This document shows, piece after piece, positions 62,364 through 64,000 of a stretch of 64,000 bases of DNA. The notes beneath the pieces are model-generated. The model was not told the DNA's origin. It saw only the letters and a list, made by a program, of their open reading frames with translations, and made no database searches. Each line of letters opens with the position of its first letter. Positions within the stretch are counted from its first letter, which is position 1. Source of the DNA: Pseudomonadota bacterium (lineage in GTDB: Bacteria; Myxococcota_A; UBA9042); contig SXRM01000036.1 in NCBI GenBank assembly GCA_005792545.1, positions 5,437 to 69,436 of the forward strand, read 5' to 3'. The position numbers and the translations under genes are program-made.

Positions 62364-63524
62364 TTGAAATCAAAAGCAATTGCCGCCTTCTGCATCGCTC
62401 TTGGCCTGTCGCCGGCGCCCGCCGGCGCCGACGAACCAAGCGCCGACCCCTGCGCCGCCCTGGCCAAGGCCGAGGCCTGGTCGCGCGCGGCAGTTTGCGT
62501 CGCCCAGCGCACTGCCCAAGCACCCAAACTCTGCGGCGACAACGACCACGAGCTGCGCGCCCGCATTTTCGAGCAGGACGGTCGCATTGAGGCCGCCGCC
62601 GCCAGCTGGCACAAGGCGGCGATGGTCTGCAAAGATGAGGCGCAGCTGCTGCGGACGCGCAGGAGCAACGCGCTGGCCCAGGTCGAAGCCGCCATTGACC
62701 TGTTGCTCACCGGCAAGCGCCAGCCTGCCGCCACGGCGCTGCAGTCCGCGCGGCGCGACTTCGAACTGCAGCAAGACGCGCTGGGCGCATCGGTGCCACG
62801 GTCGTTGCAATTCGTCCAGAACCTGGCGATTACCGGCAAGGGCGCCATCGTGCGGCGTTTCGGCGGCGACGTACCCGAGAGCATCGTGGCGGTCCAGCGC
62901 ACCCCAGACGGCGGCGCTTGGTTGCTAACGCGCGCCGATTTTGGCCCGGTCGGGGGCAAGGTGCGGCTGCGCAAGCTCGACAGCGGCATGCGCGAGCGGC
63001 GGTCGCTGACCGTCGGCCAGACCGGTGACGACCGGCCGCTGGCCTTTGACGTCGACCCGACTGGACAGGTCAACGCTGTCGGCACCACCACCGCCAAAGA
63101 CGGCACGACAACGACCTGGCTGTGCCGGCCGCCGATGTACGCGGGGACGACGACCGTGGTTGCCCTGCCAAGTCTCGACAAACCAGTGGCGGTGGCGCAG
63201 GCCGGCAACGACATTTGGGTGGCCGCGGCCGACGGCGCGGGCAAGCCGGTGCTGGCGCTGGTGACGCCAAGTGGCCAGGAGCTTGCCCGCCACGGCCTCG
63301 ACGTGCGCGGGTTTGCGCGGACCAAGAAGGGCTTGTTGGCCGTGGATGGCGCGGGTCGGCAGATTCCGTTGACGGTCAAGGGGCCAGGTAAGCCGGGCAA
63401 GCCGCCCAAAGTGGCGCCGGTGGTGGCCGACGCGAGCCAGTTTGCCGGGCCGGGCGGGCTGTGGCGGGCTAGCGTCGAGCCGGTCGATGAGGCGACGGTG
63501 GTGGTTTTGGCGCTCTTGCGGTGA
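62364..63524 (+). CDS. secreted protein, function unknown
   Basis: TTG start with GGAGAGGA upstream. MKSKAIAAFCIALGLSPAPAGA is a signal peptide. I recognise no family. Confidence 0.6.
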   Translation: MKSKAIAAFCIALGLSPAPAGADEPSADPCAALAKAEAWSRAAVCVAQRTAQAPKLCGDNDHELRARIFEQDGRIEAAAASWHKAAMVCKDEAQLLRTRRSNALAQVEAAIDLLLTGKRQPAATALQSARRDFELQQDALGASVPRSLQFVQNLAITGKGAIVRRFGGDVPESIVAVQRTPDGGAWLLTRADFGPVGGKVRLRKLDSGMRERRSLTVGQTGDDRPLAFDVDPTGQVNAVGTTTAKDGTTTTWLCRPPMYAGTTTVVALPSLDKPVAVAQAGNDIWVAAADGAGKPVLALVTPSGQELARHGLDVRGFARTKKGLLAVDGAGRQIPLTVKGPGKPGKPPKVAPVVADASQFAGPGGLWRASVEPVDEATVVVLALLR

Positions 63525-63734
63525 GGTAGGGCGCGTTGGAGCTGTTTGTGGGTGAGCGCCCGGCGCCACCGACCGAGAAGACCTGCTTTGATCATCGAGG
63601 CTCTGCTCGCTCGTTCATGGGCGCCAGTGCTTGGCGAAAGCCCGCAATAGATGCGCACTAAATAAACCATTTGACAATCCCGGCTGGCGCGGCTGTTGTC
63701 GCCGCTATTCCCTTCGCCGGCCCGCGAGTCCGCG

Positions 63735-64000
63735 ATGGCGTTCGGCTTTTCGGTTCAACCGCTACGTTTTGTCCCCGGCGAGGTGCTGACAGTGCAGGCT
63801 GGCCAGGCATTTGAACTCGTCCTCACCGATTTCATAGGGTTGCCGCCGCGCATCGCCTCGCTTGATGCCATGTGGGATCTCGGCGATGGGACATTGGAAT
63901 CGGGTGCCACCGGCACGGCGCCAACTACCGTCAGCCACGTTTGGTCACCCGGACGCTACACTTTGGGACTTCAGGCCTCACTCAATGGCGAAGTGATCAC
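63735..64000 (+). CDS. PKD-domain-like protein, 5' partial (runs off the window)
   Basis: ATG 63735, open to the window end. 'WDLGDGT...TVSHVWSPGRYTLGLQA' matches the PKD WDFGDG...H.Y...G.Y signature. It is not in the ORF track because no stop lies within the window. Confidence 0.4.
   Translation, partial: MAFGFSVQPLRFVPGEVLTVQAGQAFELVLTDFIGLPPRIASLDAMWDLGDGTLESGATGTAPTTVSHVWSPGRYTLGLQASLNGEVI

Overview
Very GC-rich bacterial chromosomal segment. The gene content (three Hanks-type Ser/Thr kinases, many lipobox proteins, very large Cys-rich repeat proteins, a PAS-GGDEF protein, many secreted DUF-type proteins) looks like Myxococcota; this is inference only. I call about 40 protein-coding genes on both strands. 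I recognised no rRNA/tRNA, CRISPR array, transposase or integrase. Housekeeping anchors are a PCD dehydratase, an SPFH protein, serS, a saccharopine-dehydrogenase-like reductase, and an enolase-superfamily / Tat-signal subunit / GMC oxidoreductase operon. The rest is accessory. It includes four paralogous lipoproteins that combine 'CDDGNxCTxDxC' Cys modules with 7-bladed propellers; one is 2,258 aa and two carry apparent frameshifts at short G/C runs. It also includes a 16-unit Cys-repeat lipoprotein, a fibrinogen-like/P-domain protein, a DUF4157 zincin-like protein, an HDAC fusion and a YVTN/di-haem lipoprotein. The most interesting non-genic signal is an 18-nt element, TGAACAATGGGGGGGATC, present as 3 near-identical copies plus 1 degenerate copy. 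Every copy is 5' of and co-oriented with a gene, and two copies sit exactly 45 nt upstream of a -10-like hexamer. Looser 'TGAACA + poly-C' boxes precede three more genes. A kinase + convergent TPR/2-TM gene cassette occurs twice. Many long antisense ORFs in the track are GC-content artefacts. All family calls come from motif recognition by eye; no searches were run.
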